DNA of 38,000 nt from Acidobacteriota bacterium (GTDB lineage Bacteria > Acidobacteriota > UBA6911 > JACQSX01): positions 1 to 38,000 of the forward strand of contig DASXQR010000041.1 in NCBI GenBank assembly GCA_036507075.1. Reading direction: 5' to 3'. The translations under genes and the position numbers were made by a program. Each line of letters starts with the position of its first letter. Position 1 is the stretch's first letter. Under the pieces are notes generated by a model that worked only from the letters and a program-made list of their open reading frames with translations, was not told the origin of the DNA and did not search any database. Positions 8,571 to 17,137 of this stretch are shown piece by piece.

Positions 8571-11500
8571 CTAATAATAAAACTTTGCCGCGAGTTGGAG
8601 CGCGCGGGCGCCAGCGGCGGTGGTGATTCGGCCGAAGTTGCTGCCGCCGAAGGCGGTGTTCGGGTTGCCAAACTGCGGACTGTTTGTCACGCTGTAGGCC
8701 TCCAACCTCAATTGCAGGCGTCTCTGTTCCGCGAACTGGAAGTTCTTTGAAAGCGTCACGTCCTCGTTTATGATGCTCGGTCCCCGGTAACTAGACAGCG
8801 TCCGCGGCGCCGTTCCGAGCTCGTCAGGCCCGACCTCCTCAAATGCTTTCAGGTTGAAGTATCCGTTAATCTTGCTCTTTACCGACCCGGGCAATCTCGG
8901 ATCGCCGATCAGGTTGGGACGCTGGTCGCCCTGCCACAAGTTGTTTTCGTCTTGGACGATTGCCAGCGGCGTGCGCGAACTGGCCGTAATGATCGAGCTC
9001 AACTCCCATCCGCCGATCACAGCGTCAAGGATTCTGTTCATGTTCTTTCCAAACGTCCGGCTCCGGCCCACCGGCACGTGATAATCGAAGCTGAGGACGA
9101 ATCGCTGCGGCACGTCGAATATCGACAAAGAACGCTCGTTGCGCAGATGCGTCAGGTCCTGGAGGCTCGACTGCCCGGCGATAAAGTCCACATCGGTACC
9201 GGCTACGTCGGAATCGCTGATCATCTTAGAAATCGTGTAGTGCGCGATCACGCTCAGGTCATGAGAAAACCGCTTCTCATACTTCATCTGCAACGCGTGA
9301 TAGATCGAATTACCGTTATTGGGAGTCGCCCGATAACCGCCCACCGAGCCCGAGTACTGCGGGAAGGGCCGAAGCAGCCGATCCCGCGTCACCGTCGGAG
9401 CGCTCAGGATCGATCTCGGATCGGTGATGACCCCAAAGAACGGATTCGGCACCTGTTTGCTGAGGTCATCCTGCCCGATAGGCCAGTACTTCGGATCAAG
9501 GTTGTTGAGATCTGACAGGTAGTCCCCTGTCCCGAAGTACAGGTGTGTGCCCTTGGTGCCGACATAATTGAATTCCACCACGCCGCTGCCCGGGACCTCC
9601 CGCTGGATCGATAAATTCCACATCTGGTACTGCGGGTTGTCATCCTTGCGGAAATTGGCGCCGGCGTCGAGACCGAGGAACGCAGCCGGATCGCGGCCGG
9701 GAGGAAGAATCAAACCGTTCGGCCACGGGTTGGAAAATGTGGCGTACCGGGTGAAGTTCCGGTCACGGCTCCACTGGATCGGGGTGTCAATCAACCCGAA
9801 GGCCGATCCCACCTCCCCTTTGATCGTGTGGCGGGAGGTGGTGTAGAAGATACCGTACCCGCTGCGGATCGATGTTTTGTCATTGAAAGCATACGCGAAG
9901 CCGATTCGCGGCTGGACGTTGTTATAGTCGCCGTCGAACGGGCTCCTGGTGTCGTCGTCCACGAACTTCATCGCGCCTTTCAGATTGGGATACACCGCCT
10001 TCATCTTATCGGCGATCGGAGACGGCGCTTCGGTGTCAAACCAGTTCAGACGATTGAAGCGATCGGTTCGGGGAATGTCGAAGTCATAGCGAACGCCGCC
10101 ATTCAACGTCAGCTTCCGAGTAACTCTCCATTCATCATTGATGAATGTCCCGAAATAACCGGAAGCCTGGCAGGTTGGATAGTCGATGGTCAAGACTCCG
10201 CCGCTGCCCCAGCCAAGCAGCGCTGAGGCGATGGCATTGCCCTGGCTCGAGCTGCTCACGATCGGGTTCAGCGCTGTCTGATTGCGGGTGAAGTTAAATC
10301 CACCCTGCGGTGTGTTCGGCTGGAAATAATTCTCATGAAGCTTGCGGTACTCGGCGCCGGTCTTGAGTGTGTGACCCCGAACGATTTTCGTGATCGCGCC
10401 CGATGTCTGGTAGACGTCCTCGAAGCGGTGAATGATCGCAAATCCGCCTGCGCCGAGCGCCAAATAGCCAGTGGGGTTGAATCTTGGGAATGCCAAAACT
10501 CCGGCGGTCTGAATGATTTTGGGCAGGCCCAACGTGGTCTGGTCGAAACCCATGCTGAGCGGGTCCCGTATCGACTTTACCCGCAGGGCGCCGGCACGCC
10601 CGGTGATGATCGTGGTCGGGCTGTGGGTCCTCGTGTAGTCGACGATGAAGTTCTGGTTTCGGTTTCTTCCCGGATTGATGTTGGCGGCGATGTTGCCAAT
10701 CAGGTTGGCCGGATTACTGGAGCCCCAGTCCACGCTGTACCGGACAGTAAACCGCTGCTTCTCGGAAACGTTGTGATCAATCTTGGCATCCATCTTGTGG
10801 CCGACGCTCTCATTGACCCCTTGGGCGAAGAAATTGTTCACGTGCGTAAAGGCATTGCCGTTCGAAGTGGGCGCAGGATACAACTTGAGAAATCTCAGCG
10901 TGATCGGATCTTGTCGCTGCAGCGGAACAATGTTTCCCGGGAACTGGGTCCGCACCCTTACACCGCTCGCATTCACAACAAGACTGTCGGGATCGTAGAC
11001 CGGCGACAGATTGCCATTGGCAAGACGCGTATCGGAAAAGTCACCTGCCAACTCCTTGGCCGTGGGAACAGTGGTCGTGGTTGTGGTGGCGGCAAAATTC
11101 TTGAAATAGTCAAAAGTCGCAAAGAAAAAGGTCCGGTTCTTCCCGTTGTACAACCCGGGGATAGAGAAAGGGCCGCCGATGGTTCCGCCCAGGTTGTCGC
11201 GCTTGCCGTTGGCCAACCTAACCCCGTTCCTGTTGGAGAACCAGTTGTTGGCGTTCAATTTGTTATCGCGACGGAAGTAGTAGCCGACACCGTGGATCTC
11301 GTTGGTTCCGCTCTTGGAAACCATGTTGATGATCGTGCCGCCCGTGTTTCCATATTCGGCGCTGAAGTAGTTCGTCTGAATCTTGAATTCCTCGATGACG
11401 TCTATTGTGGGCGTGTACTTCACGTCCGTGATGCCCCCGTTCTGCTCGATGCCGGTCAGCGCCCCGCCGTCCAGCATCACCTCCGAAGCGTTGTTGCGAA

Positions 11501-12041
11501 CTCCGTTGGAAATGAAGGCAACGCCGCCGGTCGCTCCGGTAACGCCGGGCGCCAGAGTCACCAGTGAAAGCGGGTTGCGACCCTGGTTCGGCACGGAGCT
11601 GATGATCTTGTTTTCCACCACCTGGCCCAGCGTTGGCGAAGTCGTATTGAGCAGAGGCTCGGACGCCGTGACCTGCACGCTGCTGGTCACTTCACCGACC
11701 GATAGCTCGACATCGACTTTGGCCTGCTGTGACACTTCGAGCCGGAAGGGACCCTGCGAGGCTTTCTTGAATCCGGGCACTTCCACCGTGAGGGTATAGC
11801 GTGCCGGGGGCAAGGTCGGGAATACATACCGGCCGGCCGAATCGGACAACGTGGAATATTCAACATTGCGATCAGCGTCGGTGACGGTGACGGTGGCGCC
11901 CGGCACTGCCGCTCCACTGGAATCGGTAATCGTTCCCTGGATCGATCCCGTATAAGACTGAGCCCATGACGGGACCGGGAATGACAGGATTAACAATGAC
12001 AGAACTGAGAACAAGCAGAAGAACTTCGGGCGGTTGGGCAT
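8571..12041 (-). CDS. TonB-dependent receptor (Oar-like) with N-terminal carboxypeptidase regulatory-like domain
   Basis: Signal ending SWA/Q; GSIQGTITDSSGAAVPGATV; plug GRNPLSLVTLAPGV, EFKIQTNYFSAEYG, KSGTNEIHG; C-terminal LQLAAKFYY; ATG 12041 follows a purine-rich RBS. Confidence 0.93.
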   Translation of the reverse strand: MPNRPKFFCLFSVLSLLILSFPVPSWAQSYTGSIQGTITDSSGAAVPGATVTVTDADRNVEYSTLSDSAGRYVFPTLPPARYTLTVEVPGFKKASQGPFRLEVSQQAKVDVELSVGEVTSSVQVTASEPLLNTTSPTLGQVVENKIISSVPNQGRNPLSLVTLAPGVTGATGGVAFISNGVRNNASEVMLDGGALTGIEQNGGITDVKYTPTIDVIEEFKIQTNYFSAEYGNTGGTIINMVSKSGTNEIHGVGYYFRRDNKLNANNWFSNRNGVRLANGKRDNLGGTIGGPFSIPGLYNGKNRTFFFATFDYFKNFAATTTTTTVPTAKELAGDFSDTRLANGNLSPVYDPDSLVVNASGVRVRTQFPGNIVPLQRQDPITLRFLKLYPAPTSNGNAFTHVNNFFAQGVNESVGHKMDAKIDHNVSEKQRFTVRYSVDWGSSNPANLIGNIAANINPGRNRNQNFIVDYTRTHSPTTIITGRAGALRVKSIRDPLSMGFDQTTLGLPKIIQTAGVLAFPRFNPTGYLALGAGGFAIIHRFEDVYQTSGAITKIVRGHTLKTGAEYRKLHENYFQPNTPQGGFNFTRNQTALNPIVSSSSQGNAIASALLGWGSGGVLTIDYPTCQASGYFGTFINDEWRVTRKLTLNGGVRYDFDIPRTDRFNRLNWFDTEAPSPIADKMKAVYPNLKGAMKFVDDDTRSPFDGDYNNVQPRIGFAYAFNDKTSIRSGYGIFYTTSRHTIKGEVGSAFGLIDTPIQWSRDRNFTRYATFSNPWPNGLILPPGRDPAAFLGLDAGANFRKDDNPQYQMWNLSIQREVPGSGVVEFNYVGTKGTHLYFGTGDYLSDLNNLDPKYWPIGQDDLSKQVPNPFFGVITDPRSILSAPTVTRDRLLRPFPQYSGSVGGYRATPNNGNSIYHALQMKYEKRFSHDLSVIAHYTISKMISDSDVAGTDVDFIAGQSSLQDLTHLRNERSLSIFDVPQRFVLSFDYHVPVGRSRTFGKNMNRILDAVIGGWELSSIITASSRTPLAIVQDENNLWQGDQRPNLIGDPRLPGSVKSKINGYFNLKAFEEVGPDELGTAPRTLSSYRGPSIINEDVTLSKNFQFAEQRRLQLRLEAYSVTNSPQFGNPNTAFGGSNFGRITTAAGARALQLAAKFYY

Positions 12042-12091
12042 GATCTTCTCCCTTCTTGCAAGGACGGACAATCAACGGCGCTTCGGGAAAA

Positions 12092-12111
12092 TTCACCACA
12101 AAGACACAAAG
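12092..12111. repeat. Partial ACAAAG-core repeat arm supplying the RidA C-terminus and stop codon
   Basis: ttcaccacaaagacacaaag; the tcaccacaaagacacaaag core also occurs at 6619-6637; the minus strand reads F-V-S-L-W-stop. Confidence 0.7.
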
Positions 12112-12554
12112 TTTCCGGGAATCCCGCCGGCCGCCGCAATGGTCGTGTGCACGGGAGGCTCGGACCCAAAGCGGCCCCGGAACATCTCGTTCATGCCATC
12201 GTAGTCCTTCAAGTCGTTTAGATAGACGTTGCACTTCAGGACCTTGTCCATAGACGAGCCGACACTCTCGAGACGCTGCTGGATCTGATCGAGCACGTGC
12301 TTGGTGTGCGCTTTGATATCGCCTTCAAAATGAGCGCCGATGCCCGCGATAAACAGCAGGTTGCCGTTGGAAACAATGCGGCTGAACAAAGGCGGCTTCT
12401 CCGGTTTTCGGCCATCTCTGTAGTGGACTTTCTTGACCGGCTTATCCTGGGTCGCAGGCTTGTCCTGAGCCGCCGCGGGAACCGCCGCAGCCGTGGCAGC
12501 CGCAGCCACAGTCACTCCCCGCCCGATAAAACTCCGTCGATTTGTTTTGTTCAT
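12093..12554 (-). CDS. RidA/YjgF family protein with Tat signal; C-terminus appears truncated (possible pseudogene)
   Basis: NRRSFI Tat motif plus an Ala-rich h-region; GNLLFIAG, VLKCNVYLNDLKDYDGMNE, PPVHTT. The usual Arg is His and the terminal VEI strand is missing. Confidence 0.8.
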   Translation of the reverse strand: MNKTNRRSFIGRGVTVAAAATAAAVPAAAQDKPATQDKPVKKVHYRDGRKPEKPPLFSRIVSNGNLLFIAGIGAHFEGDIKAHTKHVLDQIQQRLESVGSSMDKVLKCNVYLNDLKDYDGMNEMFRGRFGSEPPVHTTIAAAGGIPGNFVSLW

Positions 12555-12635
12555 TCAGAACTCCTTCAATTGTCTTTTCATTAACCGGATGCGCCCATGC
12601 TGATGGAGAAAACCGCGCAAAGTCAACTCCCGATC

Positions 12636-13754
12636 TCATACTTCCGAATTGACGGCCTGAATCAGTGCTTTGATATAGCCGTACCCAAAAGCAAAGGACT
12701 GGAGTCTCCCGGGGTCGTCAGCATGTTGGGGCATATGATCCGGACAGATCGCGCCCGGAAATTGCCCGTCTCTTAGAATTCGCATGATCTTGAAAAAATC
12801 CATGTCGCCTTCATCGGGGAACACTTCGGCAAAATTGTGAAGCCCTCCGCGGATGTTGCGCATGTGAATCTGATGGATTTTTCCCTTTTCGCACAAATAT
12901 TGGACAATCGGTAAAATCTCTGCGTTCGGGTTCCTTAACCCCTCACCGGTTGTTCCCAGACACAATTGGAATCCATTGTGCGGGCTGTTCACAATTGATT
13001 CATATCGTTTGATTGCTTCAAACACGGATGGAGAGTCCCAGTTATCCGCGCCCTGATAGCCGGGCGGAAGTCCGGGTGGATCATAAGGATGGCAGGCCAT
13101 TCGTACGTCGTATTGTCTGGCCGCCGGTATTACCTTTTCCAGGAAATAGGCGATGCGTTCCCAGTAATCTTCGGAGCTAACCCTCCCCGAAGGTCCAACA
13201 GGCAGGCTTTCCCAATTGTCCTCAAGCTTAAAGGCGGCGTAGACAGCTCCGCCTCGCCCTGGTGTTTGCCCGTTTCGCCGTATCGGTATTACGGTCCAGT
13301 GATAAGTTATGATCTTTACGCCCACTTGGGCAGCCTTTTGAATATTGCCGATTATGTCGTCTAGTTTTCGATCCCGCTCCAACCCCTTTCTCAAAGTAAT
13401 ATAGTCAGCATCCATTCTTATGGCTTCGAGAGATACGCCATACTTATCGCAGTTATCCTTCATCATTCTCAGTTCATCAAGATCCCATCCTCCGTCGGGG
13501 GCACGTTTTGGCATCTGCACCGTTAGATGCCTGACTCCGTAGCGCAGGTTGTACTCCAGGTTCTCCTTGGACGTGATACCGGCCCGGGGACCTCCTGCCA
13601 CGCTATGGTAGTCGCCGCCAACATGCATCAGAGTATTTTTCCTTGGAGCGCGCGCTGCCTGCACTGAAGCTGTCTTCGAGGTTGCAGCGCCGGCCACGCC
13701 GGCGCTGATAATTCCACCGAGCAGCTTTTTACCCAGCTCTCTTCTTCTCATCAT
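12636..13754 (-). CDS. Mannonate dehydratase (UxuA)-like sugar-acid dehydratase with Tat-like signal
   Basis: RRRELGK N-terminus; YWERIAYFLEKVIPAA, MACHPYDPP, NGFQLCLG, IHMRN, EVFPDEGDMD, ICPDHMP, FAFGYGYIKAL. Confidence 0.85.
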   Translation of the reverse strand: MMRRRELGKKLLGGIISAGVAGAATSKTASVQAARAPRKNTLMHVGGDYHSVAGGPRAGITSKENLEYNLRYGVRHLTVQMPKRAPDGGWDLDELRMMKDNCDKYGVSLEAIRMDADYITLRKGLERDRKLDDIIGNIQKAAQVGVKIITYHWTVIPIRRNGQTPGRGGAVYAAFKLEDNWESLPVGPSGRVSSEDYWERIAYFLEKVIPAARQYDVRMACHPYDPPGLPPGYQGADNWDSPSVFEAIKRYESIVNSPHNGFQLCLGTTGEGLRNPNAEILPIVQYLCEKGKIHQIHMRNIRGGLHNFAEVFPDEGDMDFFKIMRILRDGQFPGAICPDHMPQHADDPGRLQSFAFGYGYIKALIQAVNSEV

Positions 13755-14161
13755 AGACGTGGAGTATCGACCTTGATGGACCGACCGGCCCTCTTGCGCT
13801 GCTCACTATCCAGAGTCACAAGCGGAATGCCGAGTTGATATGCCACGGCAACGTAAGCGGCATCGGCGCCGCGCAACATTAAATCCGCTGCCAGCCGAGC
13901 TGCAAGCTCTGCAAACGATGCATCCAATGCCACGAGACGCAGCGAGCCAAGCTGCAGCATACCCTCGACTGCCTGGTGCGCCAGGCCGGGCTTTCCGGTT
14001 TGCCTGGAGACAGCCCCCGCCACTTCCATCAGCACGATCGCTGGAGCGACGATCGGTTGTCCGTGTGAAACTCGTTCACCCAGCCACCTGGTACAGACTG
14101 CGTGGTGCACATCACCTGCGACGAAGCGGCTGACCCACACACTCGCATCCACAACGACCAT
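13751..14161 (-). CDS. vapC: Type II TA toxin, VapC/PIN domain
   Basis: VVDASV, MEV, RGADAAYVAVA, LVTLD acidic PIN motifs; 136 aa, directly downstream of an antitoxin. Confidence 0.9.
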   Translation of the reverse strand: MVVVDASVWVSRFVAGDVHHAVCTRWLGERVSHGQPIVAPAIVLMEVAGAVSRQTGKPGLAHQAVEGMLQLGSLRLVALDASFAELAARLAADLMLRGADAAYVAVAYQLGIPLVTLDSEQRKRAGRSIKVDTPRL

Positions 14162-14164
14162 TGA

Positions 14165-14422
14165 CTATCGTCGCCCCTGCCGCACCGCCTTTGCCGCGTT
14201 GATTTTTCTGGGCCAATGCCTGCCGATTTCGGCGGCGAGCTGGTCCAGATTTGCCCACACCGCTTTTTCTCTCCTTAATACCACATGAGCCGGTCTTACG
14301 GGCGTGAGCTGAGCGACAACTTCCCCGCGATAAGTAATGCCAATCGGTTTTCCAGCCTCCCGGAGCTTCCGGATGACGCGGCTGGTCTCATTTTTCAATT
14401 GCCGCACGCCTATCGTCTTCAT
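14165..14422 (-). CDS. Type II TA antitoxin, Phd/YefM family
   Basis: MKTIGVRQLKNETSRVIR...IGITYRGEVVAQLTP is the prevent-host-death signature; 85 aa, upstream of vapC. Confidence 0.9.
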   Translation of the reverse strand: MKTIGVRQLKNETSRVIRKLREAGKPIGITYRGEVVAQLTPVRPAHVVLRREKAVWANLDQLAAEIGRHWPRKINAAKAVRQGRR

Positions 14423-14428
14423 AGTTTT

Positions 14429-14480
14429 ATGTACCTACATTTGTAGCTACATTATCGGACCTTGGAGGCCTTCGAAGCAA
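14429..14480 (-). promoter_or_regulatory. Putative TA promoter and autoregulatory operator
   Basis: Minus strand TTGCTT-N18-GATAAT, overlapped by the imperfect 24-bp palindrome atgtacctacatttgtagctacat (14429-14452), which contains the perfect palindrome TGTAGCTACA. Confidence 0.6.
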
Positions 14481-14496
14481 ATGTTCAATTGTTTAC

Positions 14497-15759
14497 TTAC
14501 CGCTTGCGTGTCTTCACGTGCCGGTCAAACCAGTCGAAGGCGTCGGCCTGCATTTGCCGATCGAATTTGTGTCCGCCCGGATAAAATTTCGATCGGTACA
14601 TGTCAGGCGCACCGCCGCGCCGGAAGGTTTCATGCAACATCTCGTCGGCCCGTTTCATCTCCGCCACGGTGTAAAGCGGGTCCTCGGTACAGTTAAGGAC
14701 CATCGTTGCCGCCGGCGCGCGCAGGGCCAGAATCTCCGGAAAATCCAGCTCTCGCGGGAGCAGAGGCACATAGGTCATCCAGGTGTGTGTGAAACATTTG
14801 TCCAGAAGAAAGTCACGCCAGGTTGTCATAAAGCCGACAGCGATCGCGCAGCGAATGCGATTGTCGAGGCCGCCGAGGAAAACGGTTCGCATCCCCCCGC
14901 CGGACAGACCTGCGCAACCAATGCGCGAAGCGTCCACGTCGTTACGTTTCGCCAGCACATCCAGCGCTCGCTGGTCTTCCGGGACGTAAACGCCGGGCCA
15001 GGTTGTTCCGGCACTCAAGAGGCTCTTTTCCATAATGTGTTCATGTGCCCCGGCGAAGGCGTTGTATTTGTTTACGCCTTCCACGTCGTCCGGTTCAGGA
15101 TCCCCTGCGCCCTGCCGGATGCGCTCGGGCACATCGGCTGCCAAGACTCGCCGGCTGGCGAACGGAAAGGTGTCATGAACGAGCACGGCATAGCCGCGCT
15201 TTGCAATTTCATTTGCCCAGGCAACCCCTTCGTAATAGTGCTCCTGGTGCTGCAGTTGTATTTTCCAGGAGTTCCCGTCGATCCTTGCTATCTTTCGCCA
15301 ACCGAGAAATTTATTCCCGGCATGGTCATGCAGGCCCAGTATTGCCGGCAGGCGTTCAGTGGAGCCGGCCGGCTTCAGGAAGACCGCTTCGGTCCTGGGT
15401 CCGGCAGGCAACTGCCAGGAGAGCCGTTCGACATGCAGGCCGTCATAAGTGCCTTGAAATTCAACCCGGACCTGCGGTGCTCCGCCAAGATCGACTGGAG
15501 CGATACGCTCCAGCACGCGCCGGCGGGCCACGGATCTCCAACTGTCAAGGTTCTTCCACTTTCCTGTTCGGAAGGAGAGCGAGGATGGACCACTTCCCAG
15601 AACCTTATCTGCGAGCCACGGTCCGTATATTCCCGTCATATTGGGGCGCATCGGCGTTTGCTGAGGATCGCTCTTTTCAGAGCGAGGCCCTTGTGGATCA
15701 ATTCTCCGCCCAAACAGCAACGCGGTCGTTAAAAGAACAACAAAGAAGAGAGAGCGCAT
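14497..15759 (-). CDS. Secreted alpha/beta hydrolase (dienelactone hydrolase/acetyl esterase-like)
   Basis: Signal peptide; LPAILGLHDH, GYAVLVHD, nucleophile elbow GLSGGG, EDPLY, YPGGH. Confidence 0.85.
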   Translation of the reverse strand: MRSLFFVVLLTTALLFGRRIDPQGPRSEKSDPQQTPMRPNMTGIYGPWLADKVLGSGPSSLSFRTGKWKNLDSWRSVARRRVLERIAPVDLGGAPQVRVEFQGTYDGLHVERLSWQLPAGPRTEAVFLKPAGSTERLPAILGLHDHAGNKFLGWRKIARIDGNSWKIQLQHQEHYYEGVAWANEIAKRGYAVLVHDTFPFASRRVLAADVPERIRQGAGDPEPDDVEGVNKYNAFAGAHEHIMEKSLLSAGTTWPGVYVPEDQRALDVLAKRNDVDASRIGCAGLSGGGMRTVFLGGLDNRIRCAIAVGFMTTWRDFLLDKCFTHTWMTYVPLLPRELDFPEILALRAPAATMVLNCTEDPLYTVAEMKRADEMLHETFRRGGAPDMYRSKFYPGGHKFDRQMQADAFDWFDRHVKTRKR

Positions 15760-15894
15760 ATAGATACCTCAGTGGCGACCGATCGCGGTCAGCCTTGCAG
15801 TCGGTCAAGGAGTCTTGCTTGTGATTTACACCCCGGCCCCTAATGGCTTCGATGACCGAAAGTCATTCTTCGGAGCGGGCTGCAGTGCTGTATT

Positions 15895-15993
15895 CTGCCA
15901 CGAAGGCACGAAGACACGAAGGTTTCTGTATTTACCCTAATGACCGATGACGCGTTCGGTTCCGGCTCTGCTGGGCTGTGCCTCTGCGGTGAA
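15895..15993. repeat. Degenerate or hybrid 8/9-mer repeat element (left arm CACGAAG type, right arm GCAGAG type)
   Basis: ctgccacgaaggcacgaagacacgaag at 15895-15921 closely matches the 3317 arm; gcctctgcggtgaa ending at 15993 matches the 8417-type terminus. Confidence 0.6.
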
Positions 15994-16098
15994 GCGCCGC
16001 CTCGGGGGGCGCCACCAAACTAGACCACTACAAATGTCCTGATAGAATATACAATCTCATCGAAGCCCGAAGCGATGCTTTCAACAAAAGGAGGCGCA

Positions 16099-16974
16099 AT
16101 GACTATGAAGCGAATTGTGTTTTCCATCCTTGTCTGTACGATCCCCTGTTTGACTCCGTGCCTGGCTCAGACGCAACAGACGCCGGCGAACCCTGCGGCG
16201 CGTATCTACAATACGGTGAAGCAGAAATTGAAGGAGGGCAAACAGGTTGTCGGGGGCACCGTGTCGTCGTCAGACCCGGAAATCTATTGCGCCATGGCCA
16301 ACGCGGGGTTCGATTACCTCTGGATCGAGATGCAGCACAGCCCGCTGAACTACCAGGAAGTGGCCAGAATGATCCGGGCATGTAAGGGCGCCCCTGCGAT
16401 TCCTTTTATTCGCGTGCCGGACGCGACAGAAGGCGATATTCAGAAAGCGACGGACATCGGAGCGCTGGGCATCATCATTCCCATGGTTGAGACTCTTGAA
16501 AAGGTCCAGGCGGCGGTCAAGTTCGCTAAATATCCGCCCCTGGGAAGCCGCAGCCAGGGCGGTGGCCAATATGGCGCGCTCTGGGGCGGTGACTACCGCC
16601 AGACTGCCAACGACAACGTCATGATTGTCGCCATGATTGAGTCACCGGCAGGGGTCGCGATCGCGGATAAGATAGCCGCCCTTCCCGGAGTCGACGTAGT
16701 ATTTGTCGCAAGCACGGACCTCGGGAGCTTTTCGGGGTATCGACAGGGTGACCCGCAATACGAAGCGCTTGTCACCAAAATCCATGATGCTACCTTGAAT
16801 GCCGGGCTGAAGGTCGGCGGACCGCTGGCTTGGAAGAACCGAAAGGGATTCAGCTTTTTTCAAGGTCCAGGCGAGACAAACCTGATACGAACAGGAGCGC
16901 AAATAACGCTGGGAACCACCGCTGCTTCCCGGCCAGGCGTTGCCCCAACCGAGGGGGCGGACCACAAGCAATAA
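16099..16974 (+). CDS. HpcH/HpaI class II pyruvate aldolase family protein with Sec signal peptide
   Basis: RBS AGGAGG before ATG 16099; signal MTMKRIVFSILVCTIPCLTPCLA/Q; GFDYLWIEMQHSP, PFIRVP, DIGALGIIIPMV, KYPPLGSRS, MIESPAG, PGVDVVFVASTDL. Confidence 0.9.
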   Translation: MTMKRIVFSILVCTIPCLTPCLAQTQQTPANPAARIYNTVKQKLKEGKQVVGGTVSSSDPEIYCAMANAGFDYLWIEMQHSPLNYQEVARMIRACKGAPAIPFIRVPDATEGDIQKATDIGALGIIIPMVETLEKVQAAVKFAKYPPLGSRSQGGGQYGALWGGDYRQTANDNVMIVAMIESPAGVAIADKIAALPGVDVVFVASTDLGSFSGYRQGDPQYEALVTKIHDATLNAGLKVGGPLAWKNRKGFSFFQGPGETNLIRTGAQITLGTTAASRPGVAPTEGADHKQ

Positions 16975-16977
16975 CTT

Positions 16978-17122
16978 TTGTCCGTGGTCCGTGGTCAGTT
17001 GTCCGTGGTCCGTGGGACCAATCACCACCGATTCTGTTCCACGAACCAGGGACCACGAACTACGGACAGCCGACCACCACTGACCACGGACAACTGACCA
17101 CTGACAACGGACCACGAACAAA
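16978..17122. repeat. Inverted heptamer tandem repeats (TCCGTGG/TCAGTTG versus CCACGGA/CAACTGA) between convergent genes
   Basis: Five heptamers at 16981-17015 and roughly ten degenerate reverse-complement heptamers at about 17039-17122. Confidence 0.85.
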
Positions 17123-17137
17123 CCGTGGTGAAAGATT

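Noticed and set aside
10335..15732. Antisense ORFs 10335-11567 and 14518-15732
   Set aside because: They are shadows of the TonB receptor and alpha/beta hydrolase genes.
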